DNA of 64,000 nucleotides from a virus (Duplodnaviria; Heunggongvirae; Uroviricota; Caudoviricetes): IMG/VR virus record IMGVR_UViG_3300037067_007156, positions 365,519 to 429,518 of that record; one strand, 5' to 3'. Shown piece by piece: positions 21,867 to 30,199 of this stretch (position 1 is its first letter; each line of letters starts with the position of its first letter). The notes under the pieces were generated by a model. It saw only the letters and a program-made list of their open reading frames with translations, ran no database searches and was not told where the DNA came from. The position numbers and the translations under genes were made by a program.

Positions 21867-22537
21867 AAAAAATCGAGTCCTAAACTTTTACATTTAGAAC
21901 TCGAATATTACTTCTATCAACTGGGTCATCACACCCACATGTTTCGCAACAATATCCTTTAATTACTGGATGTCCACAATCTTTACACGGGTGCATAACA
22001 GGACAATAACTACGAGCCAATGCATCAGCCTCTTTTCCCATCTACGAGTGTAAGCCTTAATCTTTCTTACTTTACGTTCTTTTGCCATATCTTCAAAATT
22101 TATTCAATTACATTCAATGTTCCTATCTTAGCGGTCATTATCGCAAAAATCTTTGAGTAATTCAGAGGTAGTTTTACCTTGATGACCGAATATCATACAC
22201 TTAGCAGCAAAGTTTTCCATATCTTTTTGTGAAAAAAGTGGTTCGACTTCCCAAGCACGTTTTACTTCCATTACACTACCATCTGTGAATCCAAAGTATA
22301 ATTCATCACCACCATATCTATATTTAGCTTTAGCTGGTTCAAAATCCCTTCCTAAAAACGGACGAACCCAATAAAAACTACCATCAACAACTGGTATATT
22401 CAATTGCGGTTTCTCTGGTTTATTATTCATTTTCTTATCATAATTAAATTTGTAATAAAATAATCAACCAAAAATAATAACAATAATATTATAAAAAAAA
22501 TCGAGTCCTAAACTTTTACATTTAGAACTCGAATATT
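21867..22537. repeat. 43-bp direct repeat (21867-21909 / 22495-22537) of a terminator hairpin
   Basis: AAAAAATCGAGTCCTAAACTTTTACATTTAGAACTCGAATATT occurs twice. Confidence 0.85.
21880..22088 (-). pseudogene. frameshifted zinc-finger microprotein
   Basis: MAKERKVRKIKAYTRRWEK then -1 frame EADALARSYCPVMHPCKDCGHPVIKGYCCETCGCDDP. Confidence 0.5.
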
Positions 22538-22911
22538 TCTTTCAATTTTAAGTATCGAATCCACTTAACCAAACAAACCTCGATTTGTTTCTTTATTTCA
22601 GGGTCTCTACCGAAGTAAGCTTTATCCGAAATTAAGTATTCAACCGATGTTTCTTCTGGTGTAAATTGACCTTCGAAACCAAAACAGGAACAGTGACTTC
22701 CAGTAACTTCAAACAACTTACCAGTAGATTTCTCCACTAATAGGAAATAAGATGATTCTTCATAACCACCATCACCATTTAAATGCGCTATGAGAATTCT
22801 ATAATTGTCAACAAAAGATTGTGACACCTGATAGTTGACAACTATGTCCTCAACAACTGCTTCATAGGTTAAACCTGCATAATCATCTAAAAATAAATAA
22901 TTTGTTTTCAT
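22522..22911 (-). CDS. hypothetical phage protein with C-terminal tag
   Basis: GSHCSCFGFEGQF motif; ends WIRYLKLKEIFEF. Confidence 0.65.
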   Translation of the reverse strand: MKTNYLFLDDYAGLTYEAVVEDIVVNYQVSQSFVDNYRILIAHLNGDGGYEESSYFLLVEKSTGKLFEVTGSHCSCFGFEGQFTPEETSVEYLISDKAYFGRDPEIKKQIEVCLVKWIRYLKLKEIFEF

Positions 22912-23069
22912 AAGTTTTCGTGTTTTTTTGTTTACTTAGGAAACACCAACGAACACGTTTTAACCTATATAGTCAAATCAAATACAATAAATGATTATTT
23001 GAAAGAACGTTTTATTTATATGTTAAACTTTAAATAAAGTTTATTTTTAATATAAAAATAAATGTGAAT

Positions 23070-23444
23070 CTAAAGAGAAAATAATCGATATTCAACATGG
23101 ATGTCAAGAAATTCTTCGAATATTTCGCCCAATTCTTGCATATCCTCGTCATCTTCTTCATGACCCCAAACCAAGGACACCTTTTCAACGTTATCAACGG
23201 CTTTCTTTAAAATATTCAAAAATATTTTACTTGATGAAGTATTCATATATTCAAATTCACATGTAATTAACAACGAATTGTGAGAATGATTTTCAATGAA
23301 ATCATCTAAAGCGTTTTCAATTGTTTTGTAAAATTCAACGACATTCTCTAAATAAGATTTACCACTTATTGATAAAACCCCCTTGTTTAAGAAAAATAAA
23401 ACTGAGGGCGATGTTGAAGTAGGGTTTATGAGTAATTTATCCAT
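23070..23444 (-). CDS. SiaC-family (DUF1987) protein
   Basis: TSPSV, GKSYLEN..EFY, EYMNTSSSK, DEDMQELG. Confidence 0.75.
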   Translation of the reverse strand: MDKLLINPTSTSPSVLFFLNKGVLSISGKSYLENVVEFYKTIENALDDFIENHSHNSLLITCEFEYMNTSSSKIFLNILKKAVDNVEKVSLVWGHEEDDEDMQELGEIFEEFLDIHVEYRLFSL

Positions 23445-25074
23445 ATGTTTATTTTAGGGTTTATAAGTTATGGGTGTTTATACTCATATTTTTATGATTA
23501 GTTACACCTATTTGAATATATTACTCGAAACTATCTTTTTATTACATGAACATTTTGATTTGTTCAATTAAAATGTTTGATTTTATGTATTACTTATTAA
23601 TTTTATATAATCATCAAACTTATATATACTGGAAGATTCTTTAAGTAAATATTCTAATTCATCAAAAAATTTATTTAATGTCGGATTCCAACCATATTCT
23701 TCTTTATATATTTCCTTTATTATCGTGTTATATCCGCTTTCACTGGGGTGTGGGTGATATCTAAAATTAACTATTAAATAATCACCAATAGGCCATGTAA
23801 CATACCAAATCAAAACACCACTATCTTCATTTGATATATGAGCATGATATATTCCATAATAGTCATATCTTTCTTTATTAAAAAATTCAAACCCACCCGT
23901 CGGCATACCACCAAACTCTGGTTTTAATGGTGATTCAAAATCATTACTCAAAAACATATTATAAACCAAAAATAAAATATTATGTTTTGATTGCTTTGGT
24001 ATACTTTTGTTATTTAATATAACATTTAATGAATTATTATGAATTTTAAAATCAACTACAATTTTAGACATTTCTAAAACATACCAATCTAAATCATATG
24101 AAAGATGATTATAAGGTAGTTTAATGACATTCATCATGTATCACAGAATCCTTATTTTCTTTTAAAGTATTTAAAAGAGAAGTTAAATCATTTGTTCCAT
24201 GAAAAATCTTATGATTTTTTAATCTTGGATTTTCCTTTTTAGCTTTTAATTGTAATTCTCTTGCATTCATTTTTAGTATACTTTTTTCTTTATATATTAA
24301 AAATCAAAGATAATGTTTTCTTTTTTAAATAAAAACCCCCGAACTGTTTTTTGTACCGAACACCAGCCAAGCACGACCTTGATTGATAGCGAGTGTATGA
24401 ACTCGTATTCACCAACACATCGTAACCTACTTGTCTTTCGATTGGAATTTAATCACACAGATATGTAAGTAATGTTTTTTTATTTAAATATATTGATTAA
24501 TTTTTTCTTCTGAATCAAAAAATAAATTTAATTTATTTTGAAGTATTTCCAACTCTTTTTGATAATTATATTCTATATCTTTTAAATTTTCGTCAAACAT
24601 TCTTTTTAAATCTTTTTTCCAAGTTTCAGGCTTTAATGTATAAAAACCATCATAGCCCGTTTTCATTGTATCAATACTCAATAAACAATGTTCGTTCATA
24701 TACTCATTTTTATTTAATGTTGTACTAATACCAAAACCACCTTCAGGATGTGATATACTTATTCTAAAATTATCACTATCACCCCTTAAATCCATTCCAG
24801 TAATATCACAATAATCAATAATATCTACTTCACCATTAAGTTCTTTTGGTTCTACTAAACGATGACCACCAAATGATAACCTAATTCCAAAAATTTTATC
24901 ACCCATTTTAAGACTTAAAATAGTGCCGTTATTTGGTTTTGTGTTTTTCACTTCAATAATTTTTAATCTATTATCAATATCTTGTTTTAATTTGACAAGT
25001 TCTTCTTTACTTAAATTATCAATTTTCATAATTTTATTTTTAATTATATAGTGGAAATAAAATGTTTTGTTTTA

Positions 25075-25106
25075 AAAACAGGATAACAAATTTGTTATCC
25101 TGTTTT
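25075..25106 (-). terminator. intrinsic terminator after tRNA cluster
   Basis: perfect inverted repeat AAAACAGGATAACAAA-TTTGTTATCCTGTTTT. Confidence 0.7.
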
Positions 25107-25192
25107 GGTGACTCTACTCGGACTCGAACCGAGACGGGTTACCCCAGTGCTGTTTAGGAACACCATGTACTACCAAATTTCATCATAGAGCC
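25106..25192 (-). tRNA. tRNA-Leu(TAA), C33, CCA encoded
   Basis: GGCTCTA/TAGAGTC-A-CCA; stem GTGTT-CCTAAAC-AGCAC; long V arm; GGTTCGAGTCC. Confidence 0.7.
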
Positions 25193-25197
25193 AAATG

Positions 25198-25280
25198 TAT
25201 TCCCAGAAAAATTCGAACTTTCATACTTTTCAGGTGACTTGCTTTGAACAAGTTTCGGCTTTCAATTTCGACATGGGAAC
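25198..25280 (-). tRNA. tRNA-Leu(CAA), degenerate D loop
   Basis: GTTCCCA/TGGGAAT-A; ACTTG-TTCAAAG-CAAGT; long V arm; lacks D-loop GG. Confidence 0.6.
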
Positions 25281-25292
25281 ATTTTAAAAGAG

Positions 25293-25386
25293 TGGGACAA
25301 GAAGGACTCGAACCTTCTTACTGCGAGGCCGATACGACAATTTGTTGAAGCAGACCAGTTTTACAGACTGATGCCGTTATTATCCC
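25293..25386 (-). tRNA. tRNA-Tyr(GTA)-like RNA lacking a D arm, with very long variable region
   Basis: GGGATAA/TTGTCCC-A; 8-nt linker; TCAGT-CTGTAAA-ACTGG; ~37-nt extra arm; GAAGG-TTCGAGT-CCTTC. Confidence 0.6.
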
Positions 25387-25433
25387 ATTTTAATTTTAAA
25401 TTATTAATATATAATAAAAAATATTTTTATTTT

Positions 25434-25772
25434 ATGAAAAACATTTCTTCTTTCTCTGATTTTTTAAACGAAAATATTGGTGAAACACATCAACAACGTT
25501 TTGACCGTGCCATATATTTAACTTATGTTCAACTCCACAAAGACAACCAGTTTAAAAAAGTTTCTAAAGAAGATTTTTATAAACAATTATATAGTATTCT
25601 TGATAGAATCGAAACAGTTAAATATGATATGAAAGATATATACCGTTTAGCTGACTCGAAGTATATTTGGTTGTCAAAATCTGGTCGAACTCTGGGTGAA
25701 GTCTATAAAGAATTCGATGAAGATACTAAAGAAGATGTAATTTCTTATTGGATTAATAAAGAGAAATATTAA
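25434..25772 (+). CDS. hypothetical protein with N-terminal capsid-targeting-like motif
   Basis: likely start MKNISSFSDFLNE at 25434; TTAATATATA at 25404-25413. Confidence 0.65.
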   Translation: MKNISSFSDFLNENIGETHQQRFDRAIYLTYVQLHKDNQFKKVSKEDFYKQLYSILDRIETVKYDMKDIYRLADSKYIWLSKSGRTLGEVYKEFDEDTKEDVISYWINKEKY

Positions 25773-26368
25773 AAATAAATTTTTTTATATATTACTTTAG
25801 TCTTGATATCAAACATATTAAATATCTCTTTACTTTTATTTGATAATTTTTCATCAAATGTTATAAAATAATCACAAAGTGAGGCTGACAATGCATGTGA
25901 GGAATCTAAATTACCACCTGCGAATGATTTTTCTGTTGACTTATCTTTAAATCTATCTATACCAGATATATCAAGAACTTTAAAATAAAAAGAATATTTT
26001 GCCACTCTATTACTATTAATAAGTTTAATCATATTATCAGGAAGAATATTATTAATTAAATTTATAAATGTATTTATATATTGTCTTTCTTCTTTAAGAT
26101 TCATCTTTTTAGTAATAAAAGTATTTTTAACCTCATTATACATTTTTCTTAATTTTTTTTTATCAAACACATCCATAAAACTATAATCTAAATTTAATTT
26201 ATTCATCAGATTATTATGAGAATTCATATATTCATAAGGATTTGTTTTATCTAAATATACATCAGATAGGTTATCTTCTATATTTATGAATGATTCATTT
26301 GTAATATTATTTATTATATCTAATCTTTTTTTCTCATGTTCAGAGTAATTAACATTATTATTTTTAGA

Positions 26369-27768
26369 GTTATAAAAAGTATAGAAAAGGATGACTATAA
26401 ATTTTATTTATCAATGTTAAAGATTGATGGGATAACTCTAAATCCCTCCATCCCGTCAGCAAAGGCATTCGGGACTGCTTTTCTAAGAATGTTATAACTT
26501 CCATTAATATCAGCATTGATTCTTAACTTAGAATCTTTTATTTTATAACTGCCTCTACATTCCCTGTACCCAGAGAATTTATAATTTTCATTACAGTTCT
26601 TTTTATAGGTAGGAATAAAATCTAAATTAATAAACGACGCTTTGCTTGTATAACTTTCTTCATTTATTATTATATTTAAACCACTTTTTTCGCATTTATA
26701 TTTTAACATGTCTATAAATCTACTATGTGGTATGAAAACAAAATTTTGATTTACTTTTTTAGATTTATCAACCTCTTGTTTCCAATTGTCGTTTTTCCCT
26801 ACGACAAGTGTGTTTATTTTATTCTCTAAAAGAATATTTATTATTTTTTTACTGCTTTTATGTAAATAATTATCAACCTTATTTTTTCTTTTTAATGTTA
26901 AATTATTTAATTTTTTTGATTTTTTACTTTTATTTCTTATTTCTAATACTGAACTTATTTCTGCTCTTTTCTTATTATAAAACTGGTTAATTGACTTTAA
27001 CGGTTTCCCGTTTATAATCAATGGATTAAAACTTCTATCATTAGAAGTCAGTGTAGCTAAATTATTCACACCCAAATCGATAGAAATATATTTATTGTTG
27101 TTTTCTAACTTAGGCGTGTCATTAATTGTATAAACCACTTCTATAACATAATATCCAATTTTAGGTATAATTCTTACACAATCAATTGATTTAAAATCAT
27201 TTATCTTAGTTTTAAATTTTATATTCGACTGACTTAATTTTATTTTATTACAGTCATTAAATATTTTCTTAGAAATAGCTTGGTTTGTATAACCTGCTAT
27301 AAATCTACCGTCTATTTTATCTAAATATTGTGGTAAGTTAGGTCTTGCTTTAAACAAATGTGGATATTTATTATAACTCTCTAACGCTTTAAAAAATGAT
27401 TTGAAATTTAAATTGACCATGTTTAATACCGTTGACGAAACCTTTGCTGGTAATGCCTTATAATCCGGTGAATTTTTCATCAAGTGATGAAGTTTATTTA
27501 CAACATTCACTTTATTATTTATATACTCTTGTCTTATTATATATAAACAACTGTTATATAAGTTTTTAGCTTTAAAACATAAAACATCGCATTCTTTAAA
27601 GTATTTGTTATTATCTTTTATTATATGTTGTTCTACTAATTGCATTTTGTCTATATAGACGTTTATTTTTATCTATATATTAAAATAAAAAGGTCTCTTT
27701 TAATAAAAAGTGTATATATGAATATAATTTTCTATATTTGTTTATAAATTTGTTGAAATGTTTTTAGA
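26369..27768 (-). mobile_element. 1400-bp tnpB-only element flanked by an 8-bp direct repeat
   Basis: TTTTTAGA at 26361-26368 and 27761-27768; imperfect inverted ends TTATAAA..TATAGAAAA. Confidence 0.75.
26404..27645 (-). CDS. tnpB: TnpB RNA-guided nuclease (MQLVEQHII / KNLYN subgroup)
   Basis: SIDLGVNN, EESYTSKAS, INADINGSYNI. Confidence 0.9.
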   Translation of the reverse strand: MQLVEQHIIKDNNKYFKECDVLCFKAKNLYNSCLYIIRQEYINNKVNVVNKLHHLMKNSPDYKALPAKVSSTVLNMVNLNFKSFFKALESYNKYPHLFKARPNLPQYLDKIDGRFIAGYTNQAISKKIFNDCNKIKLSQSNIKFKTKINDFKSIDCVRIIPKIGYYVIEVVYTINDTPKLENNNKYISIDLGVNNLATLTSNDRSFNPLIINGKPLKSINQFYNKKRAEISSVLEIRNKSKKSKKLNNLTLKRKNKVDNYLHKSSKKIINILLENKINTLVVGKNDNWKQEVDKSKKVNQNFVFIPHSRFIDMLKYKCEKSGLNIIINEESYTSKASFINLDFIPTYKKNCNENYKFSGYRECRGSYKIKDSKLRINADINGSYNILRKAVPNAFADGMEGFRVIPSIFNIDK

Positions 27769-27959
27769 CCGATACAATTCTATAATATGAGTGTACGAAT
27801 AAAAAAAATTAATATCATCTTCTATATTCAACATTTTTATTAAATATTCAGATGTTATTTTATTTTGTTCTAAATAAACAAAGACATTATTATCTAAATA
27901 AACATTCATTTTTATAAATTATTTTTTAATATGTTATATTATTAAACTATTGTAAAAAA

Positions 27960-28034
27960 TGTACTCGGCAGGATGGTCGAAATCCTATCTGGGAGATGAA
28001 AACACCCTGTCCTTAACCGTTAGACGAGCCGAGC
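27960..28034 (-). tRNA. tRNA-Glu(TTC)
   Basis: GCTCGGC/GCCGAGT; GTCTAACGGTTAAGGAC; GGGTG-TTTTCAT-CTCCC. Confidence 0.75.
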
Positions 28035-28038
28035 ATAA

Positions 28039-28126
28039 TGGGAGCGATAGAAGGATTCTAACCTTCACAAGCACAAATGTGTCTCTGGGGTATGAACCCA
28101 GTGTGTTAACCTTACACCATATCGCA
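28039..28126 (-). tRNA. initiator-like tRNA-Met(CAT) with long variable arm, CCA encoded
   Basis: 1:72 mismatch, CTGGG-TTCATAC-CCCAG (three G-C pairs), extra arm CACA-TT-TGTG. Confidence 0.7.
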
Positions 28127-28133
28127 TATATTT

Positions 28134-28820
28134 TTAATTTTTTTCTTTCAATTCTGTATGTAATTCAATGTGACAATTGCTGCATAATAAATCACATTTG
28201 TCTACTTCTAATTTTAATTTTTCAAATGAATATGACCTACCACCTATCCCAAAATCCTTCTCATTAGGGTCTTTATGATGAAAACATAAAGCTTCAACAC
28301 ATTTATCATAACCACATTTTTCACATTTACCACCTTTATAATTAACTAATTCAATTTTAACTCGTTTTCTCCATGATACCACAGCTTTAGAAACTTGTTT
28401 TTTTCTTTCTGTTTCTGATACACCAACTCTTGGTGGTTGTAAATTAATATATTTAGAAATTGTTGCTGTTGATAAATTAAATTTTTCGGCAGTTTTTCTT
28501 TTACTTTTAACTTCATCATAATATTTCTGCATCTCGATTATAAGCTCGTTGTTTACTTTAATTTGGTTTTTACTTTTTATTTTACTTAAATTTTCAACCA
28601 AACATATTCGCTTTAATCTATCTTCACCAATATTATATTTTTTATTTATTTCTTCATATGTTATAAAATCTTTTCTTAACTCTATTATTTTATCTATCAA
28701 AGATAAATGAAAAGATACTGTTGATTTTGCACAATTAAGTTCTTTTACTATTTCATCATAAGTTTTACCTTCTAATCTTAAATCAATAATTCTGTGTTTT
28801 AGTTCCATTTTATATACCAT
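28134..28820 (-). CDS. HNH homing endonuclease with HTH repeats, inside the tRNA cluster
   Basis: GGKCEKCGY..C...L.FHHKDP..K...CDLLCSNCH. Confidence 0.85.
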   Translation of the reverse strand: MVYKMELKHRIIDLRLEGKTYDEIVKELNCAKSTVSFHLSLIDKIIELRKDFITYEEINKKYNIGEDRLKRICLVENLSKIKSKNQIKVNNELIIEMQKYYDEVKSKRKTAEKFNLSTATISKYINLQPPRVGVSETERKKQVSKAVVSWRKRVKIELVNYKGGKCEKCGYDKCVEALCFHHKDPNEKDFGIGGRSYSFEKLKLEVDKCDLLCSNCHIELHTELKEKN

Positions 28821-28892
28821 TATTTTTTGGTATATATAAATAGTGTTCAGTCCTATCTATTAACTTTTTAAGTTAATCAATTGATTTATTAG

Positions 28893-28965
28893 TCGCATGG
28901 GTGGAAATCGAATCCACGACTTTCACATCATGAATGTGACGGACTACCAACTGTCCTACCATGCA
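28893..28965 (-). tRNA. tRNA with CAT anticodon (Met or Ile2)
   Basis: TGCATGG/CCATGCG-A; TCACA-TTCATGA-TGTGA; GTGGA-TTCGATT-TCCAC. Confidence 0.75.
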
Positions 28966-28978
28966 ATATTTAAAAAAG

Positions 28979-29050
28979 CGGACATGGAGAATTACGATAT
29001 CCCGACCCTTGCATTAACAGTGCAACGCTCTACCTCTGAGCTACATGTCC
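28979..29050 (-). tRNA. tRNA-Asn(GTT)
   Basis: GGACATG/CATGTCC-G; TAGCTCAGAGGTAGAGC; TTGCA-CTGTTAA-TGCAA; atypical T loop ATCGTAA. Confidence 0.8.
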
Positions 29051-29104
29051 ATTTTTTGCCAGTGTGAACCTATCCACACTGGCTTTATTCTAAATACCTT
29101 TTCC

Positions 29105-29120
29105 CAATACGTCAAAGAAC
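29105..29120 (-). promoter_or_regulatory. boxA-like antitermination site
   Basis: GTTCTTTGACGTATTG; further AGTTCTTT copies at 29374-29383 and 29562-29570. Confidence 0.55.
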
Positions 29121-29184
29121 ATCGATTCGCAATTCGCAAATCGAGAATTCACAATTTGTAATTTACATTTTGTGAATCATTAAG

Positions 29185-29257
29185 CGGAGCGTGGGGGATT
29201 TGAACCCCAAACTTAGCCGTGACAGGGCTACACGTTGCCAATTACGCCACACGCTCC
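29185..29257 (-). tRNA. tRNA-Asp(GTC), best folded as 8/4 acceptor/T stems
   Basis: GGAGCGTG/CACGCTCC-G; TAGCC-CTGTCAC-GGCTA; GGGG-TTCAAAT-CCCC. Confidence 0.8.
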
Positions 29258-29391
29258 ATTTAAGTTTTCGGTTATTTTATCATGACATGTACAAGAACCA
29301 CCAAGACTGTTTCAATCAATTTCACCAAGGTAACTTCACCCTTCTGCTGGTTAAGATTACTAACCTTTAATCTTCAAAGAACTTTTTTCAG

Positions 29392-29465
29392 TGACCTCGG
29401 TGGGACTTGAACCCACAGAACCCAGAGCCTAAATCTGGTGGATATGCCAATTCTCCTACGAGGCC
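29392..29465 (-). tRNA. tRNA-Leu(TAG) with short variable loop
   Basis: GGCCTCG/CGAGGTC-A; CCAGA-TTTAGGC-TCTGG; 5-nt V loop. Confidence 0.8.
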
Positions 29466-29470
29466 GTATA

Positions 29471-29504
29471 AAACAAAAAAACCCTGCCAAATCTGGCAGG
29501 GTTT
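29471..29504 (-). terminator. intrinsic terminator (attenuator) directly before the first tRNA
   Basis: AAACCCTGCC-AGATTT-GGCAGGGTTTTTTT. Confidence 0.8.
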
Positions 29505-29534
29505 CCATTTATATCTTTTTATCTGTTACTTTGA

Positions 29535-29621
29535 TTAACTTATATAAAGACATACCCTGCCTAAAGAACTATCGTCCTCTAAGTTTAGATAATTATCCAT
29601 ATTTAAGTTACAAAGTTGCAT
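29535..29621 (-). CDS. 28-aa putative leader peptide
   Basis: MQLCNLNMDNYLNLEDDSSLGRVCLYIS; contains GGCAGGGT complementary to the terminator 5' arm. Confidence 0.5.
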   Translation of the reverse strand: MQLCNLNMDNYLNLEDDSSLGRVCLYIS

Positions 29622-29697
29622 TTGAATTCGTTTTAAATTTGTTTTTGTTTTCTTATATATTAAGCCAAAAAGGTCACTTTTTTCCATTTTGACTTTG

Positions 29698-29729
29698 CAA
29701 ATGTAAATCAATATACTGAATAAAACAAA
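29698..29729 (-). promoter_or_regulatory. Bacteroidota sigma-A promoter for the tRNA operon
   Basis: TTTG-20 nt-TACATTTG; TTAATATATA motif also at 29654-29663. Confidence 0.7.
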
Positions 29730-29754
29730 AAAAGTTGCAATTATTTTTAAAAAT

Positions 29755-29788
29755 AAAAAAGTGGATAATATAAATCATCCACTTTTTA
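29755..29788. terminator. bidirectional intrinsic terminator
   Basis: AAAAAAGTGGAT...ATCCACTTTTT. Confidence 0.7.
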
Positions 29789-29811
29789 TATTGAAATTGT
29801 TAAATATCAAT

Positions 29812-30075
29812 AAATCAGGAATAAATCCTGTTAGTTCCCTTTGACAATGTTATTGTTAGGTTTATTGTTGTTCTCACTTCTCCTATTGCACAGAGATGTT
29901 TAAAAAACAACCGTAGAAGATAGTGCTTGGGAATCACACTAACGTACCTATTTGTGATTTAACTCACATTCTAACATAACGTAGATATTAGGATTAAAAA
30001 ATCACTTTCTCTTAGTCTAAATGTGTTCAAAAAATCGATTTTTTACATCGTTTTTTCACTTCAAATGATTGAATA
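29812..30075 (-). ncRNA. IscB omega (HEARO-like) RNA with 5' CRISPR anti-repeat
   Basis: ordered motifs TAGACTAAG, CTACGTT, ATAGGTAC, TTCCCAAG, TCTACGG, TAAACA, AGTG, AAACC, TAACATTGTCAAAGGG; ends approximate. Confidence 0.7.
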
Positions 30076-30097
30076 ATAATATTTTATATATTACTAT

Positions 30098-30199
30098 ACT
30101 GAACTACCCAATCAATTGAAAGCAATACACAACGTCATTAGGTATCTGGTTTCAATCAGCTTTACTGAACTACCCAATCAATTGAAAGCAATACACAAC
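30098..30199 (-). CRISPR. CRISPR mini-array: 2 identical 36-bp repeats, one 30-bp spacer
   Basis: repeat GTTGTGTATTGCTTTCAATTGATTGGGTAGTTCAGT at 30098-30133 and 30164-30199; spacer AAAGCTGATTGAAACCAGATACCTAATGAC. Confidence 0.75.

Larger units (their letters stand above)
25769..27909 (-). pseudogene. PIN-domain ribonuclease gene split by a TnpB element
   Basis: 5' part MNVYLDNNVF...YSYTHIIEL (27909-27769); 3' part DSSHALSASLCDYFITFD; removing 1400 bp restores a 246-aa ORF. Confidence 0.8.

Noticed and set aside
20401-22537. Direct repeats at 20401/20724 and 21867/22495 as CRISPR arrays
   Set aside because: Spacing of 320-630 bp enclosing whole genes; they are promoter or terminator duplications
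25106-25192. Reading the CCTAAAC loop as a CTA amber suppressor
   Set aside because: Stem register places TAA at 34-36; shifting the loop breaks the stem; body and A73 are Leu-like
27959-28267. Plus-strand ORF 27959-28267 (also 29438-29692 and 20087-20398)
   Set aside because: Antisense to tRNAs, the attenuator or better-supported genes; shadow ORFs
30134-30163. Self-target for the CRISPR spacer within the window
   Set aside because: Only a short partial match noticed (AAACCAGATAC near 33340); no full protospacer found by eye
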